Assembly: GCA_048885525.1 (NCBI GenBank)
Contig: JBHLLP010000011.1
Location: 29,103-93,102, forward strand
Origin: Candidatus Hermodarchaeota archaeon
Lineage (GTDB): Archaea > Asgardarchaeota > Lokiarchaeia > Sigyniarchaeales > SOKP01
Reading direction: 5' to 3'
Length of the DNA: 64,000 nt
In this document: positions 39,850 to 49,859 of the stretch, one piece after another
How positions within the stretch are numbered: position 1 is the stretch's first letter
Layout: every line of letters begins with the position of its first letter
Program-made: the position numbers and the translations under genes
The notes under the pieces: model-generated
The model's input: only the letters and a program-made list of their open reading frames with translations
What the model was told of the DNA's origin: nothing
Databases searched by the model: none

Positions 39850-42800
39850 GTGAAGAAAACAAACACAAAATTAAACCGATTCATATTTTTATGTACAATA
39901 TCTATATTCATTCTTATCGTAAATAGTATTTTTGTGAGTCAGTCCAACTTTGGTTTAGTAGAGCAAAGTAATAAGGCAAATAATGATGACTCGACTCAAC
40001 AATCATTAGATCAGTTGAAGAATCAATACTCTGAGGATGTGGGAGGATATTCTGTTTCAAACACAGCTAATTTTAGAACTATAGAAAATGCGTCTAGTAC
40101 AATATATAAAAGAGATTATTTAGCTAATGAAAGTCGTTATTTCAATATTACTACTCCCCATACCTGGAACACTTCTTCCGTGAAATTTACGATTGATCCT
40201 TATTCTAAAAAGCAAATCATTCAAGATCCCTATTTTGATTCAGAATATGATAATGGACCACAATATTGGCAGAGAGAAGAAGTAGAAAGTGGAATGGGAA
40301 CTTTTTATCAATATGATTTAGAGAATTACCCTTATGGAAGAACGAATATATATAATTATAAATGGAGGCTATATCCAGCATTTTACGAAGGCGATTATGC
40401 CTTCTGGAAGAATCAATTTGATATTCCACCTCTTGAAGATAAAAATATTAAAAAAGGGAAAATAATCCAAGAAGAAAATGAAATATTTCGAGATTTCAAC
40501 AATTTTGAAACAGATCCAGGCTTTTTTAAAGATTTCGATTTACCTTATGGGGGAACTTACGACCCTGTGTGGGATATTGTCGATCTCTTTTATTACGAAT
40601 CAAAATTAAGCCTTAGTGTATGGATTGATCCATATCCATCTATCGTTGGAGGGAATCCTTCAGCAGCTTGGTGGTACTATATTTATATACCCTATGAAGC
40701 TGATTATGCCCAGTTGAAAATTACGTGGAATATTGATGAAGAATTTTCCACGTTTGAGGCAGAAGATGAATACGAAGTAATAGCGCGAATAAATAATAAA
40801 TATGTTGATGGAAGATATCCAATTTCAGAGAGTGGAGAAGAAGTTCCATTTAACGGATCGAGCAGAGCACTTATGGTATATGATAATCCAAAAGTACCAG
40901 GTCATATTAACCATAACACAATTTCAAGAACATATAATATCACAGATTTAATTGACGGGTTGGTTGGTATAAACAAATTTGATTTCGGTGCATGGGCAAA
41001 GAATCCCAGTTCTCAGGGAGATCATGATTTAATCCTAGCTAATTTCGAATCTATCGAGATTATGTTTAATACAACCACTAAATATGAGGTTGCTTCTCTA
41101 AGTTATAGGTACAAATTAATTGATAATGATGCACATGGATTTAATCCTTTTTTATTAAATAATAAAGCATCTCTTTTCTTAAATCTGAGAGACATGGATA
41201 CTAATGCTGAAGAATTAATTAGGGTACTTCCATTTTCAATGACGATAACAAGTTCAAAGAGTTTTAGTGATACACCCTGGATTTACATGAATTTCAGTAT
41301 TTCTGATAAATATCAAGAAATATTAAGAGCTAATAAATTAGAGTTAAAAATTGGGATATATTTTGAAGGTAATTGGTATGATGAAATTGATTATGATCAT
41401 TATCTCGATAATGTATTCTTCAGGATTAATTATAATCAATCTGTAACAAATCCCCAATTGAGAATACGAATAGACAACTCATCCACTTGGGACAAAGTAA
41501 ATCAGACAGTTCATAGAATTGATACTTCTAATTGGGGGGGTGGAGAATTTCACAGTTTTCAATTTACTACATTTGATGCAGCTTATCAAGATAGATTATA
41601 TCTTAATCTAAAATCTGATCAACATCTTTATCATTTCAATAACCTTGCTAATGGTGCCAAAGCAAGTTATTCTATACGAGGAGCAAATTCTTCTAATGGA
41701 ATTTGGAATATTACCTATGATAATACAATTCCTTATTTCAACCTTTTAACGGAGAATTATACTTCATATTTTAATATCTCATCATATTCAATATCATATA
41801 TAGATATGCCAGCATTCGATAATAAAGGTTCAAACAGTGCTAATTGGGAAATTTTCAGTGCGAGATCCCCTGATTATACAGATTTCACAGCAAACCTCTT
41901 TAGATTTAACTATTCGGTATATATTAATGAACAGAGCGCATTAATATCAAAAGCTTATGGAATCGGAAATTGGACATTGCTAGGTTTTCAACCTAACTAT
42001 ATAACCAATTGTCTGCTCAATGCATCCAACGAATATTTAGGATTACCACAATATTACTCTGATGACATAGTACAATATAACATTAGTATAATAGAGTCAG
42101 TAGAAGGAAATTACTCTATTGCATTATACAATGATACAGGTTATCTTATGAGTGAATTCCCTAGACACTATTCGTCTACTGGGGCGAATATTCTTGGAAC
42201 AATAGATTTAGCAGAAAAATATACCGTTGGTCTGTACTATTTATTCATAAAATGGAATGATACCGCTTCTTTTCCAGGGAGTACATTAAGGTTTGGCTCC
42301 AAAATTGAACCTTTCGTAATATTTAATAATACAAATGCTCAATTTACTAAACTCACTGCTAATGTTTCATCTGGAGTTATCGCGGAATTCGCCTTAAATT
42401 ATACAACTTATAAAGATTGGGGTATTCCTAATGCTACAATATCAGTCTTTGAAAATTCAACCGGCGTTGTTAATTATTGGGGAGTTGCATGGTCAGGATC
42501 CTATCAAGTTGGTAAAATCACCTATTTAGGTAATGGAAACTACTCTATTCCTCTTATTACAGATTTCGCACCAAATGGAACCTACCCTCTATTTTTTTAT
42601 TGTTATAAGTTTCCTAATAAACCACAAATTTTAACTACAACATTAAAAATACTTGCTGAAAATATAATTGAATTTAATATAACATCAGGTGCCTTTTTAG
42701 ACAATTCACAGTGGATTATTAACCCTAATAATATACCCTATGTAAATGATACAATAAATAGTGTTATTAGAGTTAACCTTACAAGTTCGGGGTTACCAAT

Positions 42801-45636
42801 AGAAGCAGGCTCAGTATTAAGTCATATAGGAGAATCAGAGAACTTTTTTAAAGCAAAAGAGATTGGTGGAGGATTATATGATATTACTTTAGATACAACC
42901 GGTTTTAATGCTACAAAAAAGATTGGTAATAATTATATCGAAAATCAGACTTTAGAAATTAGATGTAGTGCTTCTGGGTATAACCTCATAAAGAAATATG
43001 TGACTATTTTTATAGATAAAATTCCAACGGAAACCACAATTCAAGACATTGACAACATATATGCTGGAGGAAGTATTACAGTAATCTCTACAATGATGAA
43101 TCTGATTGATTCTGACAATCCTAAACCAAATAATAACGGTAATTTGCAATATTATATTTATAAAGGAACTACTGAGAAGCTAAACGGCTCTTTAGAGTTT
43201 TTAATCAATGGAGTGTATCAAAAGAGTATTTCATTATCTGGTCTTTTAGTAGGGGAATATACCATATATGTTAATGGAACCGCTTTTAATTGTGAAAGAA
43301 GTCAAAGTAATATGATTAATTTTACTATATTGCCCCAGGAAACCACAAAAATAACTATAACTGTTCCAGAAACATTAAGGATTTCAAAAGAGTTCCAAAT
43401 TAGGACGGAATTAAAATATGCTATAAATGGTACTCCAATTCAAGACCAAATAGTCAAACTTAATATCTCAATCGGTCAAACTGAGAATTTTATAATATCT
43501 ACTATAACTGATTCCAATGGAATAAGTACTTATGATTACATAATCTCTTCACAATATAAAGACCAGAACATTACAATTGAAGCAATTTATGACGGTCAAG
43601 AGAAAATAAGTCCTTCGCAAACCAGTGTTACTAAGACAATCTACGGCAAACTACCTCTTCGCATGGAAATTTATATTTTTCCTAGTGTTGTAAGAGTAGG
43701 TTACTCCGCAAGCTATGGTTTAAGGATAAATATAAGTGATAGTGGAGAAACCCTCCAAAACAAAGTAATTCTTTTTTCAGCTTATTATAATGAAGATTTA
43801 ACAAGCTCTATTACTACGGCCCTACTCTATACAGATATAAACGGTCAATGTGAATATAGAATTACAGAAATTGAGGATCATAACGATAATATTACTGTAT
43901 ATTTTGAATACCTTGGCTCATCCACTCTATCATACAATATAACTTCGAGATTAGATATAATTGAACCAAAATGGAGTTCTAATTTTACCGTTCAACCTCT
44001 ACCAAGTATTATACGTTATGGCCAGACTATCGATTTTTATATGCTGTTTTCCTGTGAAAACACATCTATATCCTTACAGAATCTACCTGTTCTTTTTATA
44101 TTTAAATATGGAGGGACAATAGAGAGCTATACGGAATTTATAACAGTAAATAATACTTTGATTTATTCATTTCAAGTTGCTGATACTTTCAGTGGTAATT
44201 TAAACTGCTCAATTATTTTCGAAGGGACTAACAGAATATCAGGAGATTCACTAAATTATAGTCTAGTCATTAATCCAAAATCAATAGTCCAGCTTAGGTT
44301 CATAGAGACTATACAAACTCAGTATATGTACGGATCCTACTCTTTTCGTGTATCTGTTGAAAATGAATTAGGAGAACCTTTAGATGGCTTATTAATATTG
44401 TTTCAAATTTTGAATAATAATGGAGATGAAATCTCTAATTATACTGCCATTTGTGAAGATGGACTTGCTGTAGGAACCTTAAATCTACCATTAGGTAATA
44501 ACTATAGGATTCAAGTTCAATTTTTTGCTGAAAGTTTTTATGAAGGTGCGGTTTTAACTTCAGAAAGAATACGAGTAGTAAATCAGTTTATTATCTTTTT
44601 AGACTATTTACCATATATACTGTTAGCTATAGGTATTGCTGTTGCTACTATATTTACAATCTATCGAGCTGTCATCGTTCCTAGAAGACGAAGGAGAATA
44701 GAATCATTAAAAATACTTTATCAAAAACTAGCTGATGTAGAAAACGTTCAGTATATACTCGTTTTGACTGCAGATGGAGGAGTACCTTGTTTTAGCAAAA
44801 GTCTAGCTGATGTACCTATTGATGAATCTCTTGTATCTGGATTTTTGAGCGCAATTTCAACTTTTGGAACCGAAATTGGAAGTAAAATTCAGGAAGGAGA
44901 GGGAGGCTTGGAAGAATTATCATATCGACAATTTAAAATAATTATAAATGAAGGACAATATATAAAAGTCGCTTTACTACTTTTAAAACGCCCTAGTGAA
45001 TCCTTAAAAATAAAACTCAGAAATTTTAAAACTTTGTTTGAAGAAGTCTACGAGAAAGAGTTGAAACATTTTACAGGAGAAGTTTTTGATGATATTGCAG
45101 TTACCAAACTCATTGAAGAGGTATTTGAAGCTGATCTCTTATACCCCCATCAAGTCATAGAAACAAAAGTAGATGACTATATGAAATCTTCAACATCAAA
45201 CAATATTGATAAGAAAATTATTATTATAGCACGTGGAGAAGAGTTTGAATCCAATTTCTACTTGAGAGACTTAATTAATCACCTTAAAACAAAAGGGATT
45301 GAAGAAATTAAATCATTTGACAGTATACAGAAAATGAAACATGACAAAATTGTGTTCGCGATAAACCCACGGACTAATTACCTCATTGAAGAGTTTAAAG
45401 GTTATATAAAACATATGACTCATAATGATAGAAATGTACTGTTTGCAATTTTCGATGGAAATAATGATATTATGAGTATAAGGAAATACATGAAAAAAGC
45501 TGGTATGTATGTGCCAACTGATGTTCACCAAATTATTGAGAAATTAAGAAGATTACATTTGATAGATGAGGTAAATCGGATTACCGATAATGGTAGTGCG
45601 ACTGCCACTCTTTTGAAGTTAATTCCAGATATATAA
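39850..45636 (+). CDS. Large single-pass surface protein with beta-rich ectodomain and cytoplasmic longin/roadblock-like domain
   Basis: N-terminal hydrophobic signal, many NxS/T sequons, TM at about aa 1588-1609 then PRRRRR, then YILV...GVPCFSK...DESLVSGFLSAISTFGTEI. Confidence 0.8.
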   Translation: MKKTNTKLNRFIFLCTISIFILIVNSIFVSQSNFGLVEQSNKANNDDSTQQSLDQLKNQYSEDVGGYSVSNTANFRTIENASSTIYKRDYLANESRYFNITTPHTWNTSSVKFTIDPYSKKQIIQDPYFDSEYDNGPQYWQREEVESGMGTFYQYDLENYPYGRTNIYNYKWRLYPAFYEGDYAFWKNQFDIPPLEDKNIKKGKIIQEENEIFRDFNNFETDPGFFKDFDLPYGGTYDPVWDIVDLFYYESKLSLSVWIDPYPSIVGGNPSAAWWYYIYIPYEADYAQLKITWNIDEEFSTFEAEDEYEVIARINNKYVDGRYPISESGEEVPFNGSSRALMVYDNPKVPGHINHNTISRTYNITDLIDGLVGINKFDFGAWAKNPSSQGDHDLILANFESIEIMFNTTTKYEVASLSYRYKLIDNDAHGFNPFLLNNKASLFLNLRDMDTNAEELIRVLPFSMTITSSKSFSDTPWIYMNFSISDKYQEILRANKLELKIGIYFEGNWYDEIDYDHYLDNVFFRINYNQSVTNPQLRIRIDNSSTWDKVNQTVHRIDTSNWGGGEFHSFQFTTFDAAYQDRLYLNLKSDQHLYHFNNLANGAKASYSIRGANSSNGIWNITYDNTIPYFNLLTENYTSYFNISSYSISYIDMPAFDNKGSNSANWEIFSARSPDYTDFTANLFRFNYSVYINEQSALISKAYGIGNWTLLGFQPNYITNCLLNASNEYLGLPQYYSDDIVQYNISIIESVEGNYSIALYNDTGYLMSEFPRHYSSTGANILGTIDLAEKYTVGLYYLFIKWNDTASFPGSTLRFGSKIEPFVIFNNTNAQFTKLTANVSSGVIAEFALNYTTYKDWGIPNATISVFENSTGVVNYWGVAWSGSYQVGKITYLGNGNYSIPLITDFAPNGTYPLFFYCYKFPNKPQILTTTLKILAENIIEFNITSGAFLDNSQWIINPNNIPYVNDTINSVIRVNLTSSGLPIEAGSVLSHIGESENFFKAKEIGGGLYDITLDTTGFNATKKIGNNYIENQTLEIRCSASGYNLIKKYVTIFIDKIPTETTIQDIDNIYAGGSITVISTMMNLIDSDNPKPNNNGNLQYYIYKGTTEKLNGSLEFLINGVYQKSISLSGLLVGEYTIYVNGTAFNCERSQSNMINFTILPQETTKITITVPETLRISKEFQIRTELKYAINGTPIQDQIVKLNISIGQTENFIISTITDSNGISTYDYIISSQYKDQNITIEAIYDGQEKISPSQTSVTKTIYGKLPLRMEIYIFPSVVRVGYSASYGLRINISDSGETLQNKVILFSAYYNEDLTSSITTALLYTDINGQCEYRITEIEDHNDNITVYFEYLGSSTLSYNITSRLDIIEPKWSSNFTVQPLPSIIRYGQTIDFYMLFSCENTSISLQNLPVLFIFKYGGTIESYTEFITVNNTLIYSFQVADTFSGNLNCSIIFEGTNRISGDSLNYSLVINPKSIVQLRFIETIQTQYMYGSYSFRVSVENELGEPLDGLLILFQILNNNGDEISNYTAICEDGLAVGTLNLPLGNNYRIQVQFFAESFYEGAVLTSERIRVVNQFIIFLDYLPYILLAIGIAVATIFTIYRAVIVPRRRRRIESLKILYQKLADVENVQYILVLTADGGVPCFSKSLADVPIDESLVSGFLSAISTFGTEIGSKIQEGEGGLEELSYRQFKIIINEGQYIKVALLLLKRPSESLKIKLRNFKTLFEEVYEKELKHFTGEVFDDIAVTKLIEEVFEADLLYPHQVIETKVDDYMKSSTSNNIDKKIIIIARGEEFESNFYLRDLINHLKTKGIEEIKSFDSIQKMKHDKIVFAINPRTNYLIEEFKGYIKHMTHNDRNVLFAIFDGNNDIMSIRKYMKKAGMYVPTDVHQIIEKLRRLHLIDEVNRITDNGSATATLLKLIPDI

Positions 45637-45651
45637 TTATTTTTTTCTTAT

Positions 45652-45840
45652 TCAATATTTTGATAATGAAATAAATTTAACTGGTGAAGACTCACTATCT
45701 TTCATTTCAGCCAGTATTTCTTTTTTCAACAATCTGAGTTTTTGTAACCTTTCTATAAAAATCTCAAAATGCGTTTGCTTATATAATTCCATGGTAGAAG
45801 CAATTTGCTTATCAATTTCATGAATGAAAGATTTAATCAT
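45652..45840 (-). CDS. Small helical hypothetical protein
   Basis: 62-aa ORF with amphipathic helical pattern. Confidence 0.5.
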   Translation of the reverse strand: MIKSFIHEIDKQIASTMELYKQTHFEIFIERLQKLRLLKKEILAEMKDSESSPVKFISLSKY

Positions 45841-45965
45841 ACTAGTGATTTTGTTTTAATGTATTTAAAGAAAAAGGTATAATACCCCCCAATAGATCTT
45901 TTTGTACAATGGTTTTTATAAGAGCCTAAAAAATCTGAAAATAATAGAAGGAAAAAAATGATTAT

Positions 45966-46199
45966 TTAAGAATTTTTCATTTTTTTATAATGTTTATTAA
46001 CCTGAGTACATCCCGTATTGCTTCCGTCTTCGGCATTTACGAAGCATCTTTTCTCGGGACTTTTAGTAAATTTTGCACAGCCCCAACACCACAATTTATT
46101 AAAAGAAATCGATTTTTTCTTATTTATAGCACGCACTTGCTCACATAATTCTAATGCTTCATCAAATTTTAATTTCAATTTATTCATTATTAATATCAC
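45966..46199 (-). CDS. Small Cys-rich hypothetical protein
   Basis: C..., CWGC, C, GC; follows 46220-46891 after a 20-nt gap, GGTGA RBS-like site. Confidence 0.7.
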   Translation of the reverse strand: MILIMNKLKLKFDEALELCEQVRAINKKKSISFNKLWCWGCAKFTKSPEKRCFVNAEDGSNTGCTQVNKHYKKMKNS

Positions 46200-46219
46200 C
46201 CATATTAACGTAACTTAAT

Positions 46220-46891
46220 TCATAAATCTTCCATTGGAACTCTTTTTTCAAGGACATTATTAGCAATGTACCAGCCTAAAAAACCTCCCATAACTCCTTG
46301 TATTATTGAATACGGTATCATAAAGTATCCATGTGTGAGAAAGTCATCAACACCTGGTACGGATAACCCTGTTTTATAGAAAGTCGCTCCAGCTAAGATA
46401 CTTAATAAGATGATACTAATTGAAGAGATTAATGAGGAATTTAAAACTGCTTTTCTCTCATTTCTAGCAGGTTTTAGTAACCATAGTGAAAGATCAATGG
46501 ACAATCCATAGCCAACATATATTAAAGCCCAATATAAAGCACCCCAAGGAGACTTCAAAGTATTCGCAATCTGCCATTCAATAATTAATTCAATTGGAAT
46601 ACCCATAAGTCCACATAACCCAAAAAAGAATGTTGCTGTACCTTTTGTTTTCACATTAACTATGAAAAAATAAGTTACCATCATCAGAAAAATAAGTACA
46701 AAATATATGTAGATATAACCGATTTCCATCAATACAATATCAAAAAACACAGTAAATATAGCGGTAATGATGGCTATAAGCATGAAACCAATTATATTTA
46801 GACCCAAGGATCGCTTATCCCAAGGTTTATACCAATTTAAGTTCTTACTTTGATATAACATTACTATTTCTTTCATTTTATTTACCTCCAT
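46220..46891 (-). CDS. 6-TM membrane protein (ECF S-component-like)
   Basis: Six hydrophobic segments, KTKGTA loop, GGFLGWYIA. Confidence 0.6.
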   Translation of the reverse strand: MEVNKMKEIVMLYQSKNLNWYKPWDKRSLGLNIIGFMLIAIITAIFTVFFDIVLMEIGYIYIYFVLIFLMMVTYFFIVNVKTKGTATFFFGLCGLMGIPIELIIEWQIANTLKSPWGALYWALIYVGYGLSIDLSLWLLKPARNERKAVLNSSLISSISIILLSILAGATFYKTGLSVPGVDDFLTHGYFMIPYSIIQGVMGGFLGWYIANNVLEKRVPMEDL

Positions 46892-47056
46892 TTATTTTTT
46901 TGTAATTTTATTAAGAAAAAACAAGGTAATACTACTCAGTTTTTCTCATGCATCAACAAATAATTGAAATATTTAAAGTGTGTGGCGATTTCAACCTCTA
47001 AAATTGGACATGAATTTTGGAAAAATTGTACAGTTTCATAAAAATAAATAAGGAAA

Positions 47057-47992
47057 ATGGACATTATTTGGTATAAAAGAAAGAGTGGTTATCTATATAT
47101 GGATGAAAATGATATTGAAATTCTGAAGCTGTTACTTTTCAATGGACGTATGTCTTATGAATCAATAGCAAAGAAAGTCAAATTAACTCCCTATATAATC
47201 AAAAAAAAAATTAATAACCTCGTAGATCAGAGAGTTATAATGAAATTTGTTACCAATCTTAACTTTATGTTATTTCAAAAATCTGTGTGTTATACTCTTG
47301 CTGAAATAAAGCCGGATATAAACCAAGAAGAACTAATTACACGTATAGGTAAGCTAGATGAGGTTACGGGAGGGGCTATATCCATCCAAAATAAGATGCA
47401 GATTATTCATACTTATTCTGATGACCATGAGTTTAAAGATAATCTTGAAAAATTAATGCAATTTGATGAAATAGAAAGTATTGAGAACTTTATTTTGCTT
47501 GTTCCCCAAAAATTTGACTTCAAAAATACAAGATTAACAAAAACAGATTGGAAAATTATTAATTCAATTAAAGATAATTGTAGGAAAACTGATGTTGAAA
47601 TTGCTAATGAGTTGGAAATCTCATCTAAAACTGTTAAAAGAAGATTAAAATATCTTAGAGAAAACAATATAATTCTTTTTATGATAGATCTTGATACGAG
47701 CGCAGCAGATTTTCTTTCTTATTTATTAATTATTAAATTTCAAAAAATTGCTTCTGAATCATTAAGTAAGGTCATGAAAATTATAAAAAAGTATTTCTAT
47801 GTGTGGAGAATCGCTAATCAAGAGGCGTTTATATACACGGTCTTTATAGATAAATTAAGGGAAATTGATGAACATGTTAAAGAAATCGAAAAAATACCAT
47901 TTGTTAAGGAAGTAGTCAGTTATGTACCAACTAAAATGTTTTATTTCAGGAGTTGGATTGATAAGTTAATTGAGAAGAATGCTTCCGACTAA
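47057..47992 (+). CDS. Tandem Lrp/AsnC-type regulator (likely starts at MDEND)
   Basis: MDENDIEILKLLLFNGR; TDWKIINSIKDNCRK...ISSKTVKRR. Confidence 0.88.
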   Translation: MDIIWYKRKSGYLYMDENDIEILKLLLFNGRMSYESIAKKVKLTPYIIKKKINNLVDQRVIMKFVTNLNFMLFQKSVCYTLAEIKPDINQEELITRIGKLDEVTGGAISIQNKMQIIHTYSDDHEFKDNLEKLMQFDEIESIENFILLVPQKFDFKNTRLTKTDWKIINSIKDNCRKTDVEIANELEISSKTVKRRLKYLRENNIILFMIDLDTSAADFLSYLLIIKFQKIASESLSKVMKIIKKYFYVWRIANQEAFIYTVFIDKLREIDEHVKEIEKIPFVKEVVSYVPTKMFYFRSWIDKLIEKNASD

Positions 47993-48070
47993 TTCGATGT
48001 CATGAAAATTATTTATTGGCATATTTCTTATTTTACTTTATTAAAAGTATTTGACCTAAGTTGATGTAAT

Positions 48071-49120
48071 ATTTTATCGGATATCGGTTGGATAAATGGG
48101 ATAACGGTATCAATGATTTTTTTTTATTACTTAATATTTGGAATTTATTGCTTGTATCAATCAAGGAAAAAAAACGTTAATCTCCTATTATTTTTAGGTT
48201 TGGCAAGTATTTTTGGAGGATTATTATGGCTTGGAAATATTATTGATTTTTTTTCGATTCTCATTACAGGTTTTAATATTGATAACACGTATGGATTTGT
48301 AGGTATTTCATGTTTAGTTTAGGTTCCCCCTACTTCCACTCTATTTACTTATATAGCTTTACGGATTTTGTTTTTAACAAAATGGAAACATATTATTATA
48401 GGTTTAATTATGCTAGGAATAGCTTATGAAATCTTATTATTTTTAGATCCGTCTGGCTCAATATCATATCATGATCCAATAGAAACAGGAGCGGACTTGA
48501 TTGAAGATAATCTTGTTATTGAATCTGCTTTAGGTATAATATATTTAACTTCTCAAGTAACTGTAATTATTTTAGTAATTGGATTGTTTATTAAAGGTTT
48601 ACAATCTAAAGGAATAATAAGAAAAAAAATGTCATATGTCTCCCTTGGGGCTTTTATTTTAATAATCTGCGCCTTTATTGATTCAATTATTCTTCCTAGT
48701 ATCTTTTTAATTTTAAATAGAACTATTTGGTTATTTGGGATAACCATCATTTATAAAGGAATTAAAGAAGAATTTGAAAAACCAAAGGAGCTCAAATCTA
48801 AAGCAGAGCTCAAAGTGGAGGGAGATCTGTTTCGATTAATTAAAAATCGACCATCTGAAATAACTGAAGAAGAAATCACTTATTTGAAAGAATTAAAAAA
48901 GTGTTTAGTATGTAAGGGTGATGCTACTGGATTTAATATATATGTGTGTCCGAATTGCGATGTATTATATTGTCAACGGTGTGCTCGAATTATAGTTGAA
49001 AAGGATAACGCCTGTTGGTCATGCAATGGTCCTATTGATAAATCTAAGCCTACTCGCTTGGAAAAAGAAGAGTTTAGGAAAGTAGAATCAAAGTTTATAA
49101 AAGACACAGATCCAAAATAA
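48071..49120 (+). pseudogene. 7-TM protein with C-terminal C4C4 RING-like zinc finger, interrupted by an in-frame TAG
   Basis: 48113-48322 and 48368-49120 share a frame: GISCLV*VPPTSTLFTYIALRI; C-terminus CLVC..CPNC..YCQRC..CWSC; frame open back to ATT 48071 (ILSDIGWINGI). Confidence 0.8.
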
Positions 49121-49173
49121 AACTAGAAGCTATAAACAATTAAGGAGAATACTTCTGTTTAAAAGGAATTAGG

Positions 49174-49395
49174 TTAGACATTACTCAATTGATAATAAAA
49201 TCCTTCATTTTTCAGGATTTTTAAGATTCCCTTCCTTCTAAAGGTATTGAAAAGTTTCTTCACTTCTGGAGGAGGTATTCCATAATTTTCAGCAACGATT
49301 TCAATCATAAACTTAGGAAATTTCTTATAACTATTTTGCAAAGAGTGAAGTGCTTCCAAAAACTTTTCAGAATAATTAATTTCTGATAAAACCAT
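49174..49395 (-). CDS. Small winged-helix-like protein
   Basis: Helix-turn-helix-like segment followed by GILKILKNEGFYYQL wing. Confidence 0.55.
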   Translation of the reverse strand: MVLSEINYSEKFLEALHSLQNSYKKFPKFMIEIVAENYGIPPPEVKKLFNTFRRKGILKILKNEGFYYQLSNV

Positions 49396-49651
49396 TCTTC
49401 TAAACCTTATTTGTTAGAAAAATATTTGATTTTAATACTTGTAATATTCTTAATTCTATTAATAATGTGATGTATCGGATATATAAAGGTTAGTAACAAA
49501 AGCAATTAATGTAGTGATAAGCTATAATGATATTCAAAAAATGATATGTCATTTTATCAATTTATATTGGAAGTGATGAAAAATAAATAAAAGAAATAGA
49601 ATTACTTAATAATAAAATCAAATAAATTAAAGATAAGATGGTGATTTTGTA

Positions 49652-49762
49652 ATGGAAATTTCATTCCTTGTGATACTCCTTATTCTTTTAGCAGGACCAT
49701 TTGGATTATTTTTAATGTTTTTTATGATATTCCCAGCCCCTGTTCCAGTCTTTTTTCCATAA
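49652..49762 (+). CDS. 36-aa hydrophobic micro-protein (not in ORF track)
   Basis: MEISFLVILLILLAGPFGLFLMFFMIFPAPVPVFFP; GGTGA RBS 7 nt upstream. Confidence 0.5.
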   Translation: MEISFLVILLILLAGPFGLFLMFFMIFPAPVPVFFP

Positions 49763-49859
49763 TCTAAATCTTAAAATTAATGTTTTAGAAGTAGTTTGGG
49801 GCGGTTTTTATTCTAGTTGGTTTTGTGATTTACTCATATGCTTGGTTAAGAAGAATAAA

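Noticed and set aside
48320-48322. Pyrrolysine or amber recoding at the in-frame TAG
   Set aside because: Many intact genes here end in TAG (for example 6201, 8990, 25543, 53812), no pyl genes are in the window, and the position matches a Trp in the related 7TM protein
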